From positions 99,636,001 to 99,700,000 of the forward strand of contig NC_058368.1 in NCBI RefSeq assembly GCF_018350175.1: 64,000 nucleotides of DNA, given 5' to 3'. How positions within the stretch are numbered: the first letter of the stretch is position 1; each line of letters begins with the position of its first letter. The DNA comes from Felis catus (Eukaryota). This document shows, in pieces, positions 26,611 through 39,790 of this stretch. The position numbers were made by a program, and so were the translations under genes. The notes beneath the pieces were generated by a model. That model was not told the origin of the DNA and ran no database searches. It was given only the letters and a program-made list of their open reading frames with translations.

Positions 26611-28150
26611 TTAAAAAACAACAAAAACAAACCCAAAACCGTATCTCTGTTGCTTACAGGAGAGTCTCTTTAGACGTGAAGAGGCAGATTGAAAGTGAAA
26701 GATGGAAAAATAGTCCATGAACGTGGAAAACAAAAGAAAGTGTGGGTAGCTAAATTTGCATCAGACAAAACTAATCACAGATTAAGAAAGGTATTACCTA
26801 ATGATAAATGGGGTCAACCCAACAAGAGAATATAATATTTGTAAATTTTATATACTCAACATAGGGGTACGTAAATATATAAAGCAGATATTCACAGAAC
26901 TAAAAGGAGAAATACACAGCAATATAACAATAGTAGAGGACTTTAAAACCCCATTTCTATTGGTGAGGTGATCATCCAGACAGAAAATTAAGAAGGAAAC
27001 ATCAATGTTAAATGACATGTTAGACGAGACAGACTTAACATATCTATTACATTCCATCCAAAAATCAACAGAATATACATTCTTCTCAGATGTACAAGGA
27101 AATGGTCCAAGATAGATAATATTTTAGATGATATATTAAGTCTTAATCACTTTTACAAGATTGTAATGATATCGAGCATCTTTTCCTACATAATGCTAGA
27201 ACTCAGTAACAAGTTAAAAACCGGTAAATTCAAAACTATACGGAGATTACACAACATGAAACTGAACAACCAAAGGGTCAAGGAAGAAATAAAAGTAGAA
27301 ATCAAAAAATACCTTAGGACAAATGAAAATAGAAATCAAATGTCTAAATACCAAAATTTAGGAGACATGGCAAAAACAGTTCTCAATGTAAATTTTATAG
27401 TGATAAATGCCTACCTCAGGAATGAGAAAACTCAAGCAACACAACTTTTTACTCAAAAATGAACAAAGCGCAAAGTTAGTATGAAAAGGGAAATAAATAT
27501 TAGAGCAAAAATAAATGAGATACAGAGCAAAAACACAACAGAAAAGATTAATGCAACTAACAAGTTGTTTTTTCAAATGATAAATTAATTTGACAAAACT
27601 TTAGCTAGAGGCACCAAGAAAAAAAAAAGAGGATTCAAATAAATATTATCAGAAAATAAAGAGTAAACAGTGTAACTGCTATCACAGAAATACAAAGGAT
27701 CATAAGCAACTACTATGAACAATTAATTAGACGTAAAAAAATTTGGCAACCTTGAACAAATGGATAAATTCCTAGAAACATGTAACCTACGAAGACCTAA
27801 CTATGTAGAAATAAAAATTTAAACAGAACAATTTTTAGGAAGGAGATTCAACCAGTAATCTGCAATCTCCTAACCAACAATAGTCCAGGACCAGATGGAT
27901 TCATTGGTGAATTTCGTGAAATATATGATGAATTAATACCAATCCTTCATACACTCTCCCAAAAATTAGACAAAGAGGGAATATTTCCAAACTCATTTTA
28001 CAAAGCTTGCATTACTGTGATAGCAAAACCAGACAAGCATGCCACAAGAAAAGATAACTACAGGTCAATACCCCTGATGAACACAGACACAAAACTTTTC
28101 AATAAAATATTGGTAAACTCCAATTAACAATACATTAAGAGGATCATATC

Positions 28151-28357
28151 GGGCACCTGGGTGGCTCTCAGTCAATTGAGCATCCAACTCTTGGTTTAGA
28201 CTCAGGTCATGATCTCACAATTCCTGAGTTCGAACCCCGCATCAAGTTCTGCATTGACAGTGCAGAGCCTGTTTGGCATTCTCTTCTTTTCCTCTCTCTG
28301 CCCCTGCCGTACGCTTTCTCTCTCGTTCTCAAAATAAATAAACTTTAAAAAAAAATT
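28151..28357 (+). mobile_element. Can-SINE in L1
   Basis: Full SINE; TSD ATTAA(G)AGGATCATA. Confidence 0.94.
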
Positions 28358-30166
28358 AAAGGATCATACAACATGATCAGGTGGGATTTATTCCAGGATA
28401 AAAAGGTGGTTCAGCATTCACAAAATCAATTTGATAGACTACATTAGCAAAATAAAGGATTAAAATCTTATAATCAAATCAACAGGTGCAGAAAAAGCAT
28501 CTTACAAAGTTAAAACTCTCAACACACTAGCTACAAAGTGAACATACCAGAATAAAGACCGTGTATGACAAATCTAGGGCTAATATACTTAATGCTTCAA
28601 AGCTGAAAGCTTTTCCTCTAAGAAACAAGACAAGAATGCCCATCACTGCCACTTTTATTCAATAGAGTATGAGACGTCCTAGTCAGCGGTCTTAAGCAAG
28701 GAAAAAAAAAAAAAAAAGGAAAAGGTATCCAAATTATTAAGGAAGAAGTAAAAATGTCAGTATTAACAGGTAACATTTATATAGAGAGAAAACCTAAAGA
28801 ATCCATCCAAAGCCATTAGAGCTAATCAACAAATTCAGTAAAATAGCAGGATACAAAATCAGTACACACAAATCTACAATTTCTATACACTAATAATGAA
28901 CTATCTGAAAGAAAAATTAAATAAATAAACCCATTTACAACTGCATCAAAAACAACAAAATACTTAGCAATACATTTAACCAAGAATATAAAAGACCTGT
29001 ACCCTGAAAACTATGACATTCTTCATGGAACTACAATAATTTTAAAATTTGAATGGAACCCTAAAAGACCTGAAGAGCCACAGCAATCTTGAAAGAACAA
29101 AGCTGGTGCTATAATCCTCTGTGATTTCAAGCTGTATGGCTTTAGTAATCAAAACATGTGGTATTGTCATAAAAAGAGGCACAATGAAACAGAATAGATA
29201 AAAAGATAAAGTGACACTTATTTGTTCAATTAATGTGACAAAAGAACTAGGAATATACAAAGGAGAAAAGACAGTGTCTTCAATGAACGATGTTAGGAAA
29301 TCTGGATGACCACACGCAAAAGAAGAAACTGTACTGTTATCTTACACCACGCACAAAAAGTTAACAAAAAAATGTGTTAAGGACTTGAATATAAAACCTG
29401 AAACCATAAAACTCCTATAATAAACCATAGGCAGCAAGGGCTTTAACATAGATCTTAGTGAGGATTTTTTTAAATCTAACACCAAAAGCAAAAGCAACAA
29501 AAGAGTAAAGAAGTGGGGAAAGCTTCCACAGAGCAAAGGAAACCACCAACAAAATGAAAAGGCAGCCTGCAGAATGGGAGAGAATATTTGCAAATCAGGT
29601 ATCTGATTAGGGACTTATATCCAAAATATGTAAGTAACTCATACAACTCCATATCAAAAAGACAAACAATCCAATTAGAATATGGGTAGAGGATCGGCAT
29701 AGACATTTCTCCAAAGAAGACATACAGACGTCCAAGAGGTATACAAAAATATGTTCGACATCACTAAGCATCTATAAAATCAAAATGAAAGCCACAATGT
29801 GATATCATCCCACATCTGTTAAAATGGCTATTATCAAAAACAAAACAAAACAAAACAAAACTGAAACCAAAAAACAAGAAGGAACTGTGAGCAAGATCTG
29901 GAGAAAAGGGAACCCTTGTGCACTATTGGCGGGAATATAAACTGGTACAATCATTACGGAAAACAGTATGATGGTTCCTCAAAAAACTAAAAGTACAATC
30001 ATCATATGAACCAGGAATCTACTTTCAGGTATTCATCTGAATAGAACATAAGAACACTAACTCAAAAAGTTATATGCATTTCCATGTTCACTGCAGCATG
30101 ATTTACAATAGCCACAATATGGAAGTAATCTTAGTGTCCATCAATGGATGAATGGATAAAGAATAT

Positions 30167-30168
<2 letters not shown>

Positions 30169-30206
<38 letters not shown>

Positions 30207-30243
30207 ATGCTTTGGAATATATATGGAATATATATGCTATAGG

Positions 30244-30274
<31 letters not shown>

Positions 30275-30275
30275 C
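30169..30275. repeat. Compound (GT)18/(AT)n/(GT)8 microsatellite
   Basis: Direct reading. Confidence 0.9.
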
Positions 30276-30518
30276 ACTTTGGAATATTCAACTATAAAAA
30301 ATAGCGTAATCTTGCCCTTTGTGATAATATGGACGGACCTTGAAGGTGTTATGCTCAATGAAATAAGACAGAAGAACAAATACCACATGACTCACTTATA
30401 TGTGAAATCTAAACAGCAACAACAACAACACACACACACACACACACACACAAACCAATCTCATAGATACTGATAACATGGTGAACAGGTGAACAGGATA
30501 AAAAGGTACAAACTCTCA

Positions 30519-30706
30519 GGGGCACCTTGGTGGCTCAGTTGGTTAAGCATCTGACTCTTGATCTAGGCTCAGGTCATGATCTCATGGTTCAGGGGTTAGA
30601 ACCCAACATGGGGTTTTGCACTGACAGCACTGAGCCTGCTTGAGATTCTCTCTCTCCCTCTCTCTCTGCTCCTCCCCAGCTCTCTCAAATAAAAAACATT
30701 AAAAAA
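30519..30706 (+). mobile_element. Can-SINE in L1 3'UTR
   Basis: TSD AAAAAGGTACAAACT. Confidence 0.94.
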
Positions 30707-31540
30707 AAAAGGTACAAACTTCAGTTATAAAATAACTAAGTCATGGGGATATAATGTACCTATTGGTCACTATAATTAATATTGTACTGAGTATTTAAAA
30801 GTTGCTAAGAACATAAATCTTCAAGTTCTTGTCACAAGAAAAAAATTTTTATAACTATGTAAGGTGACAGATGTTAACTGGTCTTATTGTGGTCATCATT
30901 TCACAATGTACACCAATGTTTAATCATGTTGTACACCTGAAACTAATATAGTGTTCTATTTCAATCACATTTCAGTGGACTTTGTGATTTAATTCATACA
31001 AAGTGTTCTTAAATTTTGTACACATATGACTAGTGATATGTGATATGATTTTACATAGTACACTTAAATTTATGATTTTAACAATTTTTTACATATTAAC
31101 AGAAAAAGAGTAATTAACCCATCAAATTCATGGTTTCTGATTTAATGTTGTTTAGGTTAAAATAAACTAGCTTTTGGAGTGAAACTCAAAAAGTCACTTA
31201 GAAAATCATTTACTTATATATAATGTAAAGAAAAATGTAAGCATCCATTACTGCCAAACTTTTTGTATACACTAAATGTCCAATGAAATATAAACATTCC
31301 ATGTCTTTATATATTTATTTTTATAGCTTCAACTTTTTTTCTCCCATCTTCAATTATACAAAGAATAATGTTTTGATATTGGAGAAGAATAAAAGAATGG
31401 GGATACAAATTTCAACTTGGCATCTATGGATTCATTTTTCCCAGACTTAAAGATAGAGTAATAGGTATTGACAATTACTTTATACTTATCTCCTACATTA
31501 AAGGTGCATCAAGCTCTTATATGGATAACCTTGTCAAGGT

Positions 31541-32275
31541 TTGTATAATAAGGAATTTGTCTGATCTTTGTTCCTGGGTTTCTTGGAGGTAACCTCTAGA
31601 ACCTTGGGATTTTCCTAGTGTTAGAAGTGTTTGTGTTATCCAAAGTGACCCCTTTGTACCACACCTGATATTTTAGGCTAATAGCCATTTATTGGATGGT
31701 TTATGTTAAACTGACTCAAAATGGAGGATGATCTTATCAAAAAGAAAAGGCACATGATTACAGAGTTTTGAACCTGAGCCATATTATATTAGCCCAACCT
31801 CCATGGTGGGAATGGAGCTAGAGACTGGGTTCAACCACATGGCCAAGGATTTACTTATTCACATCTTCATAATGAAACCCTATAAAAACTCTAGACATAA
31901 AGCTCAAGTGAACCTCTTGGTTGGCCATACTCTCTAATTATTGTCACACTCTGATGCTGGGAGACTAACACATCTCTCAGGATAACAGAAGCTTCACATT
32001 TGGAAACTTTTCTCTGTGCCTCTCCCCATTTGGCCAATTCTAACTTGCATTATTTTGTTATTATAAAACTCTAATTTTGAGCACAGTACTTACTTTAATA
32101 CTGTGAGTCATTCTAGTTAACTATGAAGCCTGAGGGTGGTTGGGAAAACTCCCCAATTTGTAACCACCTAGCCGTAAATAAGGTGGACCCAGAAACCCCT
32201 GAACTTGTGGCTACTGTCTGAACAGAGGTTAGTCTTGTGGAGGATTATGCCCTTAACCTGGACTTTTGCAACTCA
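31541..32275 (+). mobile_element. MER21-like ERV solo LTR
   Basis: TGTATAATAAGGAATTTG...GGAGGTAACCTCTAG...ACCACACCTGATA; ATAATGAAACCCTATAAAAACTCT; CTGTGAGTCATTCTAG. Confidence 0.8.
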
Positions 32276-33499
32276 CTCTCAGGCTCACCTCTCAATTCTC
32301 TATTTAGAGGATGTTCCTCTGGTTTTGGATACAAAAGTAAAATCTGAAGAGTACATTCCCTAGGCATTCAGAGGCAAATATTCTGCTCTCTGGTAAAATA
32401 AACCAAATATACGTCTCAAAGAATAATGAAAGTTACGTAATTGGCTGTGCACCAGGCTAACCACTTACTCTGTAATGCATACTTAATGTACATTTTGTCA
32501 CTAATGATAAATACTTAACAATGATTGTTTTTTCACTGTGATAAATTAAGTACATATAACCTGTCAAAAATATATAAAGTCTTTTTGCTAATAGGAAAAA
32601 AATTAGTAAGTGATTCATAAAGGAGAATTCAGAGGACTCACCAAGGGTCACATACAGCCTATTTGGCACAGATACCGATAGGATAAAAATAGTAAGTAAG
32701 TCACTTCTATAACATAAATGCTGCCACACATGAAATTCTATAAGGCAATATTTTAATTCCTTCTACCTCTAGAGCATAGGCATGTGTCTGAAGTTGAATA
32801 CCACTGTAATCTGTCACATTCTGAGATAAAGATACTAGTGGTTTTCATTGTGCAGAATCGTATCTATCCATCATCAGGGCTTAATATCTGTGGAAATTTT
32901 TTGTCTGCTTGCTTATGCAGTTTTTATACTTTAACCTATAACCATGTGTCTCAGCTGGCAGAGCTTGGAATGTAGTTTTCAGCAACTGTCAGATGATATA
33001 TAATGGTCTTCTTGGCAAGAAGGGTTCATATCTCTGTGGATGTTTTGGATAACACTTAACAGTGTCTAAACAGTTACTATTTATAGAAATGGTGACATGT
33101 GTTAATACTCAGATTAATTCAGGCTGTTTTTTTCCAAAAAATAAAACAAGAAAAATTTAGGTAAACAAAAAAGTCTTTTCTACTTCCAAATACTATACTA
33201 GCATATACTAGCACCAGGGAAATTTTTTTTTTCCTCATTTATTTAATACCAGGAGGAAAAACAAATCTAATCACATTCTCCTCAAAAGTTATCATCTTTT
33301 CTTCTCTACAACGCTTAGTTTTAAAACAGATATTTGCACATTAATGCATAATAGTCTTAAATTACCAAAATATTCCCAAATCTATTTTCATGTTTTGTTT
33401 TTTTTCCTTTGAAAAGTTATTGTGAAATTGAAGGTCCAGAGCCAACTTCTGGAATGGCAAAGTAAGGAATTTGGTGGAATCCTCTCTAATGAAAATAAC

Positions 33500-33590
33500 A
33501 AAGTCACAAGGCAAGACAAGATTGAAGGGGTGAGGAAATAGACTCTACACTTGTTGGGAGGAATTACAAAATCATGTTACAAAGCAGTAT
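33500..33590 (-). mobile_element. MLT1 (MaLR LTR) fragment
   Basis: AGATTGAAGGGGTGAGGAAATAGACTCTACACTTGTTGGGAGGAATTACAAA. Confidence 0.6.
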
Positions 33591-33592
33591 GG

Positions 33593-35630
33593 ATCTTTTC
33601 AACAAATATTACCATGAGACAGGATATCTGCATGCAAAATAATGAATTTCGACTCTTTCCTTACATCATACACAGAAATTAACAAAGTGGATCATAGGCT
33701 TAAATGTAAGCACTAAAACTAAAAATCCTAAGGTGGAAAATAAAGGGAAATCCTCATGACATCAGGTTAGACAAGAGTTGCATAGACACAACACCAAAAG
33801 CACAGCATCACAGGAAAAACATAAACAGAATCTTATCAAAATTACTAACATTTTTGTTGCAAGGGACACCATTAAGAAAGTGAAATGACAACCCACAAAG
33901 ACCCCACCCAAATTAAAAATGGACAAAGGATTTTAATAGTTCTACAAAAAAAAATAGACACAATCAGTTAATAAGAAGAAAAAAGATACTCAACATCATT
34001 AGGGACAATGACATATCATTTAACATTCACTAGCACATTTAAAATTAAAAAGATAATAACAAGCGTTGGTGAGGATATGGATAATTGAAACTCTCACACA
34101 TTGCTGGTGGGGATGTCAAATGGTGCAGCCACTTTGGAAAATCGTGTGACAGCTCCTTAAGTGCTAACTTACCATACGACTCAGAAATTTTACCCCAAAG
34201 CATATACTCAATAGAAATAAAAATGTATTTCCACACAAAAACATATACATGATTGTTCATAGCTACATTATTCATTATAACTAAGAGTGGAAACATGCAA
34301 AAAGTACATCAATTGATAACTGGATATACAAAATACAGAATATTCATTCAATGGAATATTAAAAAGAATGAAGCACCCATAAAAGCTACAACATAGGATG
34401 AGAGGTTGGGAAGATGGCAGAGTTGACAGCCCCCAAACTTGCCCCGTTCCCATGGTTGAAACTAGGTAACACTTTGGTGTCAATAATCCAGAAAATGAAC
34501 CAAAGACTGACAGAACAAACTCCACAACTAAAGGTTGAGAACCTGGAAGAAGTGGGAAGGGCAAAGACGCAATTTGGGAGTAAAACATACCATGGCCATC
34601 TGTGGTCTGGAGAGGGTGCAAAGAAGGGCAATAAACAAACTCTCACACTGGGGAGCTCACACAGGCCACACAAATCCCCATTAACATTTGGCTTTGGAAG
34701 CAAGAGGGGCCAAAGTTCTTACATGAGTTCTTACAACCAGCAGGACTTAAAGCCTGGAATTTTAAACATCAGTGGGCTCAGCTCTGAGAAAGCCTGGGGG
34801 CATTAGGAAGCTGAATCCCTGCCCTCAAGGAGAGATGGATGAATGGATAAAGAGGAGTTATGTGTATATACAATGCAGTATTATTCAGCCATAACAAAAT
34901 AAAATTTTGCCATTTCCAATGACATGGATGGAGCGAGAGAGTATAATAGCAAAATAAGTCAGTCAGAGAAAGACAAATCCCATATGATTTCATTCATATG
35001 TGGAATTAAGAAACAAAGCAAATGAGCGAAGAAAACAAGAGAAATAATCCAAGAAATGGACTCCTAATTCTGGAGAACGCACTGATGGTTACCAGAGGGG
35101 AGGTGGGAAGGAGGATGGGTAAAATAAGGAATTAAAGAGGACACTTGTCATCATGAGCACTGCGTAATATATACAAGTGTTGAATCACTATATTCTACAC
35201 CTTAAGTTACTATAACTGTATCTTAACATCACAGAACATGACTGTATGTTAAGTATACTGGAATTACAATAAAAAACTTAACTAAACACTGCCTACAACA
35301 TGGGAGAACTTTGAAAACATGGATGCTATGAGAGAAAAGTCAGTCACAAAAGTTGCATATTATATGATTTCCTTTAAGTGAATTTCCAGAAGAGGCAAAT
35401 CTAGAGAGTCAGAAAGGACATTAGTAGTAGCCTTAGGCTGAGGCAGGTGGGTGGATGGAAGCAGAAAAGGATTCGGGAATGACTGCTAATAAGTATGGGA
35501 TTTTTCGGTAGCGTGATGGTGCAAATGCTCTAAAATTAGATTATGATGATGGTTGCACATTCTGTGAATACATTAAACAAAACTGAAGGGCACACTTTCA
35601 ATGAGGAACTTACATGGTGAGTGTTTAGCT
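33593..35630 (+). mobile_element. L1MB-like 3' portion, split by a nested mini-L1
   Basis: ORF2 end at 33593-34398 resumes at 35293 with the L1MB-type 3'UTR (GAATGACTGCTAAT...GATGGTTGCACATTCTGTGAATA). Confidence 0.85.
34400..35290 (+). mobile_element. Internally deleted carnivore L1 (5'UTR fused to ORF2 end/3'UTR)
   Basis: GGGAAGATGGCAGAG 5' start; jump near 34833 to GATGAATGGATAAAG; 3'UTR with AATAAA tail; TSD CTACAACAT(A/G)GGA. Confidence 0.8.
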
Positions 35631-36074
35631 TAGTTTTTTTTTTAATGAAGGGCCAAAAGGTAGTAAATATTTTAGTGTATTTCCTGGCATGAGAATTCTA
35701 CCTAGGCCACCTCAAAAATATAACTTCTGCATTCTTAAAAACAAACAAACTCTAGCTACCCTGGAAATTGTTTTGACAGCATAACCCAGGGACTCAACGT
35801 CTGTGTTGCCACATCTTTTTAAATATCTACATTTTTCTACTGCCATCTCTTCTGCAAATTTCTGATAATTATTCTAAAACACTTGATTTCATTAAGTGTT
35901 TTCATTGTTTAAGATACTACTGTTGGTATTCATTGGTAAGCCTCTTTTATGTAAATTCTCTCCTCAAGGATTTCAATCGTTTGGGTTTCCTTAATGTCAG
36001 TTTCTTTACAAAAATAGACTGGCTTTCTTCCCCCAAACATCTTACTACCTATGGAATCATAATTTTTAACATGA

Positions 36075-36620
36075 TGCTGTTATAAAGTCTGTAGTTACAA
36101 GTAACAAACCAAGGCCAAGGTTTAACCAATAAGAGAATACACGATCCTTCATAATCAGAAATCTGAAGAAGACTAATGATGGAGGTTAATTAACACAGGG
36201 CCTCAGTACTTTTATTAAAGATTCAAGTACGTTCCACTTTTCCACCATCATGTGTAGCATGTTCTCCTCAGTTTCACTTCCCTCATGGCCCGAGACAGTT
36301 GCTAAAATTTTATGTCCACATGCTGACATGTCAAATACAAGTTGAAAAATAGAAACTATTTAAAAGTCTCTTTATAAAACTCAAACAAACCTCTCCTAGA
36401 GCCTTCTGGTAGATGTCCTGCTTTCACAATAATTATCTAAAACTGCATTATATGCCTACCCCAAGTCCACCCAAATTCACTCTCTAGGCCTGGAGAGGAG
36501 CCTGTCACATGCAGAACACCGAGTTAACCGCAGTCAAGTATAAAATTCAGTTAGGTCAAGAAAGGTCTAGAATGACTACTGATTATATGGGGGAAGAATG
36601 GTTATCAGCTTTATACAATC
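36075..36620 (-). mobile_element. Old MLT1-like LTR remnant
   Basis: AGTTACAAGTAACAAACC..., CCCTCATGGCCCGAGACAGTTGC and CATTATATGCCTACCCC resemble old MLT1. Confidence 0.45.
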
Positions 36621-36861
36621 ACTCCTCTTTAATTTATACTCCATTAATTGAAATGTGCCATGTCATGATTTCTTCTAATCTCTTTCAATTTCCCCAAGCC
36701 TGTCTATTCACCCCATGTAGAAAATAAGTCTTGATTAACTACCTTCAGCCACCCACATTGATACAATGTTTCCTTAACTGTTCATGAGATCAATACATTC
36801 CACCATGGTTTTCAATCTAAGAAAAACAGGTCAAAAGGGGGTCATCAAAAGTATATGCTTT

Positions 36862-37112
36862 GAATTATAAGACAAGTCAGTCATGGGGATATAACATACA
36901 GCATGATGACTATAGTTAATAATACTTCATTGTATATTTAAAAGTTGCTAAAAGACTAAATCTTAAAAATCCTCATCACACATAAAAAAATTGTAATTAG
37001 GTATGGTGACAGAAGATAACTAGACTTATTGTGGTGATCATTTCACAATATATTGAGTCATTTTGAGGAACACCTGAAACTTATACAGTGTTTATGTCAT
37101 TATACATCAATT
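36862..37112 (+). mobile_element. L1MA9-like 3'UTR fragment
   Basis: AGTCATGGGGATATAACATACAGCATG...GACTTATTGTGGTGATCATTTCACAATA, homologous to 30720-30976. Confidence 0.85.
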
Positions 37113-38329
37113 CTTTTTTTTTTTAATGTTTTAGGAATTATAGCTGTAGGTAATTTAAAGTCCATCTCTCCAAATTCAGTATTTTTTCAGGAAGAGACCA
37201 AAGTCAAGAAAAAGAAAATCTAGGAAATAAGAAAGAAGATCCATTTCAATGACAAGGAAGGGGAGGATAAGAGTAAGAAAGCAGTAAAGTAGAAGAATAA
37301 GAAGGTGGAGGAAATGGGAAGAAAACAACAGAAGAAAACAAAGGAAGTGATAGTGCCAGGAAGGGAGAGAGACAAGAAATAAGAAGAGGAAGGAAAGAAG
37401 GAAGAATACACAAAGTGGAGATGAGAATGGGGAACAGAAAGGTAAAGGCAGACACCTAAGATTAGCACATGAAAGGTGACATGTTTCACACTTTTCTTAA
37501 AGAGTACATGGAACATATAACCGTGTGGTAATCAATGCAGGAGAACTACACACATGTTAACAGTTATCTATCTGGTAGAAAGCAGACCATCATTCATGAT
37601 TCTGACATCATGATCAGTCCTAGAAAAAAAGAACTATCAACAATGCATGGATTCATTTGAAATAGACTCAGCCACCAAGAAAAGAGGAGTCAAATACTGA
37701 GTGCTGAGAAGGACAATGGTCTGACCTTTGTATTTCACTGTGTATGTTTCTCAGACTCAGAACGATGTATCATCTAACCTTTCAGAACCCCTTGAAGGAT
37801 CAGTTTTTCAGTTGCCATTAACTGAGCACTTTTTTAATTATCATTTTCTGGAAGTGTATCAAAGTTTCGTTAAGTGCTCTCTTAATTCTACCAATTGCTA
37901 AAAGATTTATGCTGAAGTATATACATTACTTAGCATCATGGGAATAAACCAGAGTCAAAGTTTGGCCACCAAACTATTCAGGTAGCATTTCCCCTTAGGT
38001 CATTCTAAACTTATACTATACATACTGTTGTAGGAATGTGGAGACAAATTACAAAACATGTAAAGATGACAAATATGGACCTATAGGTACAAGATCTCTC
38101 AGCAAAGCCATTTTGCATCATCACTTATACAGGAAAAATAAGAATCACAGCAAGGAAGCATCTGTTTTCTTAAATTCTACATTAAAATTAAAATTAGTCA
38201 ACATACCAAATAAGTATATTTGGAGGTATGTGGCTTTGACCTACAAAATTAAGCCCTGTTTCTTGCAACAATAAACCTATTTATAAATTATCTAAGGTAA
38301 AATGAAAATCTCCCTGTTCCAGTCCAATT

Positions 38330-38600
38330 ACATATCTCATATTTTTTCCTTTCCTTGTGCAAATAGGTGTTCATACATAGTTATTTCTTTATTTCAAAAA
38401 TGGGTACATAAATCTGTAATTTGTCTTTTTCAATCTCACCTGTAGAAATTCATCTAAATCACTATATATCACTCTTGTTCTTTCCATATTTATATTTTAT
38501 TCCATAGTGTGAATGTACCATAATTTAACATTTGCTTAGTAAAGTGGAACATTTCAGATGTATCAAGCCTTTGCTCTTGAAATGTGCATGAATATGAATT
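38330..38600 (-). mobile_element. Old L1ME-like 3' fragment
   Basis: TATTCCATAGTGTGAATGTACCATAATTTAAC. Confidence 0.55.
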
Positions 38601-38831
38601 TTTCAGTAGTACAGAACTATAAATACTTTCATATCTCATTTATAGTAATACTACTTTTATACTTCTTGCCCAAAACATGCAAATAATTTATTAATTGTCA
38701 GAAGTCCTAATTTCAATAATGGTCAAACCAATGACAACATCTCACTAATCTAATGGCTAAGAAATATAATTGTTAAAAAACAACATGAAGATTTCTGCTT
38801 TCTTGTAGGATGTAGAAATCCCTAACACAGA

Positions 38832-39430
38832 TGCAGTAACCCCACTTCTGGGAATATATCCAAAGGTAATGAAAACACTATGTCAAAGAATTAAATGCAC
38901 TGCCATGTTCATAACAGCATTATTTGTAATAGTCAAGACATGAAAACAATTTAAGTGCTCACTGAGAGATGGATGGATAAACACACTGTGGCATAAACAT
39001 ATATACAATGGAATATTATTCGGCCATAAAAAATGAGGAGATCCTGCCATTTGTCACAACATGGGAGGTCCCTGATGGCTTTGTGCAAAGTGAAATAAGT
39101 CAAAGAAGACAGATACTATATGATCTCACATATATGTATAATGTAAAAAAGAAAAAAAAACAGAAAAAGAGATCATTTCTGTGGTTACCAGACATGGGGA
39201 GTGAAGCGAATTGGGTAAGGATGGCAAAAAGGTACAAACTTTCAGTTATAAGAAAAATAAGTACTAGAAATAAAATGAAAAACATGTTAAGTATAGTGAA
39301 GAGTGCTGTAGGATATACAGAAAAGAGAGTAGATCCTAGGAGTTTTCATTACAAGGAAAAGATTTCTTTCTTTCTTTTTTTTTAATGTTAATTTATTTTT
39401 GAGACAGAAACAGAGCATGAGCATGGGAGG

Positions 39431-39484
<54 letters not shown>

Positions 39485-39790
39485 ATCCAAAGCAGGCTCC
39501 AGGCTCTGAGCTGTCAGCACAGAGCCCGATGGATGAGGGGCTCAAACTGATGAACTGTGAGATCATGACCTGAAATGAAGTCTGACACTTAACCGACTAA
39601 GCCACCCAGGTGCCCCAAGACGTATTTATTTCTTTCCCTTTTATATTGTATCTATAGGAGATGATGGATGTTAATTCATCTTATTGTGGCAATAATTTCA
39701 TGATATATATCTCAAATCATTTTATGCTGTATACCTTAAACTTATACACTGTTGTATATCAATTATAACAGTAAAACTAGAAGAAATATT
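38832..39790 (+). mobile_element. Younger L1 (L1MA-like) 3' end nested in the old L1 5'UTR
   Basis: ACCCCACTTCTGGGAATATATCCAAAG, MEYYSAIK motif, 3'UTR. Confidence 0.88.
39375..39616 (-). mobile_element. Can-SINE
   Basis: Long (GA)n and SINE body. Confidence 0.94.

Larger units (their letters stand above)
24556..30976 (+). mobile_element. Near-full-length decayed LINE-1 (L1MA9-like 3' end) with 5'UTR, mostly deleted ORF1 and disrupted ORF2
   Basis: 5' CAAGATGGC start; ORF2 motifs e.g. CCAGGACCAGATGGATTCATTGGTGAATT; 3'UTR TGTTGTACACCTGAAACTAATA. Confidence 0.9.

Noticed and set aside
34414..34806. 130-aa ORF
   Set aside because: Lies in L1 5'UTR sequence starting at the AAGATGGC motif; no recognisable protein
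37200..37450. Purine-rich (GA-rich) tract giving minus-strand Phe/Leu/Ser ORFs
   Set aside because: Low-complexity sequence; the ORFs are compositional artefacts
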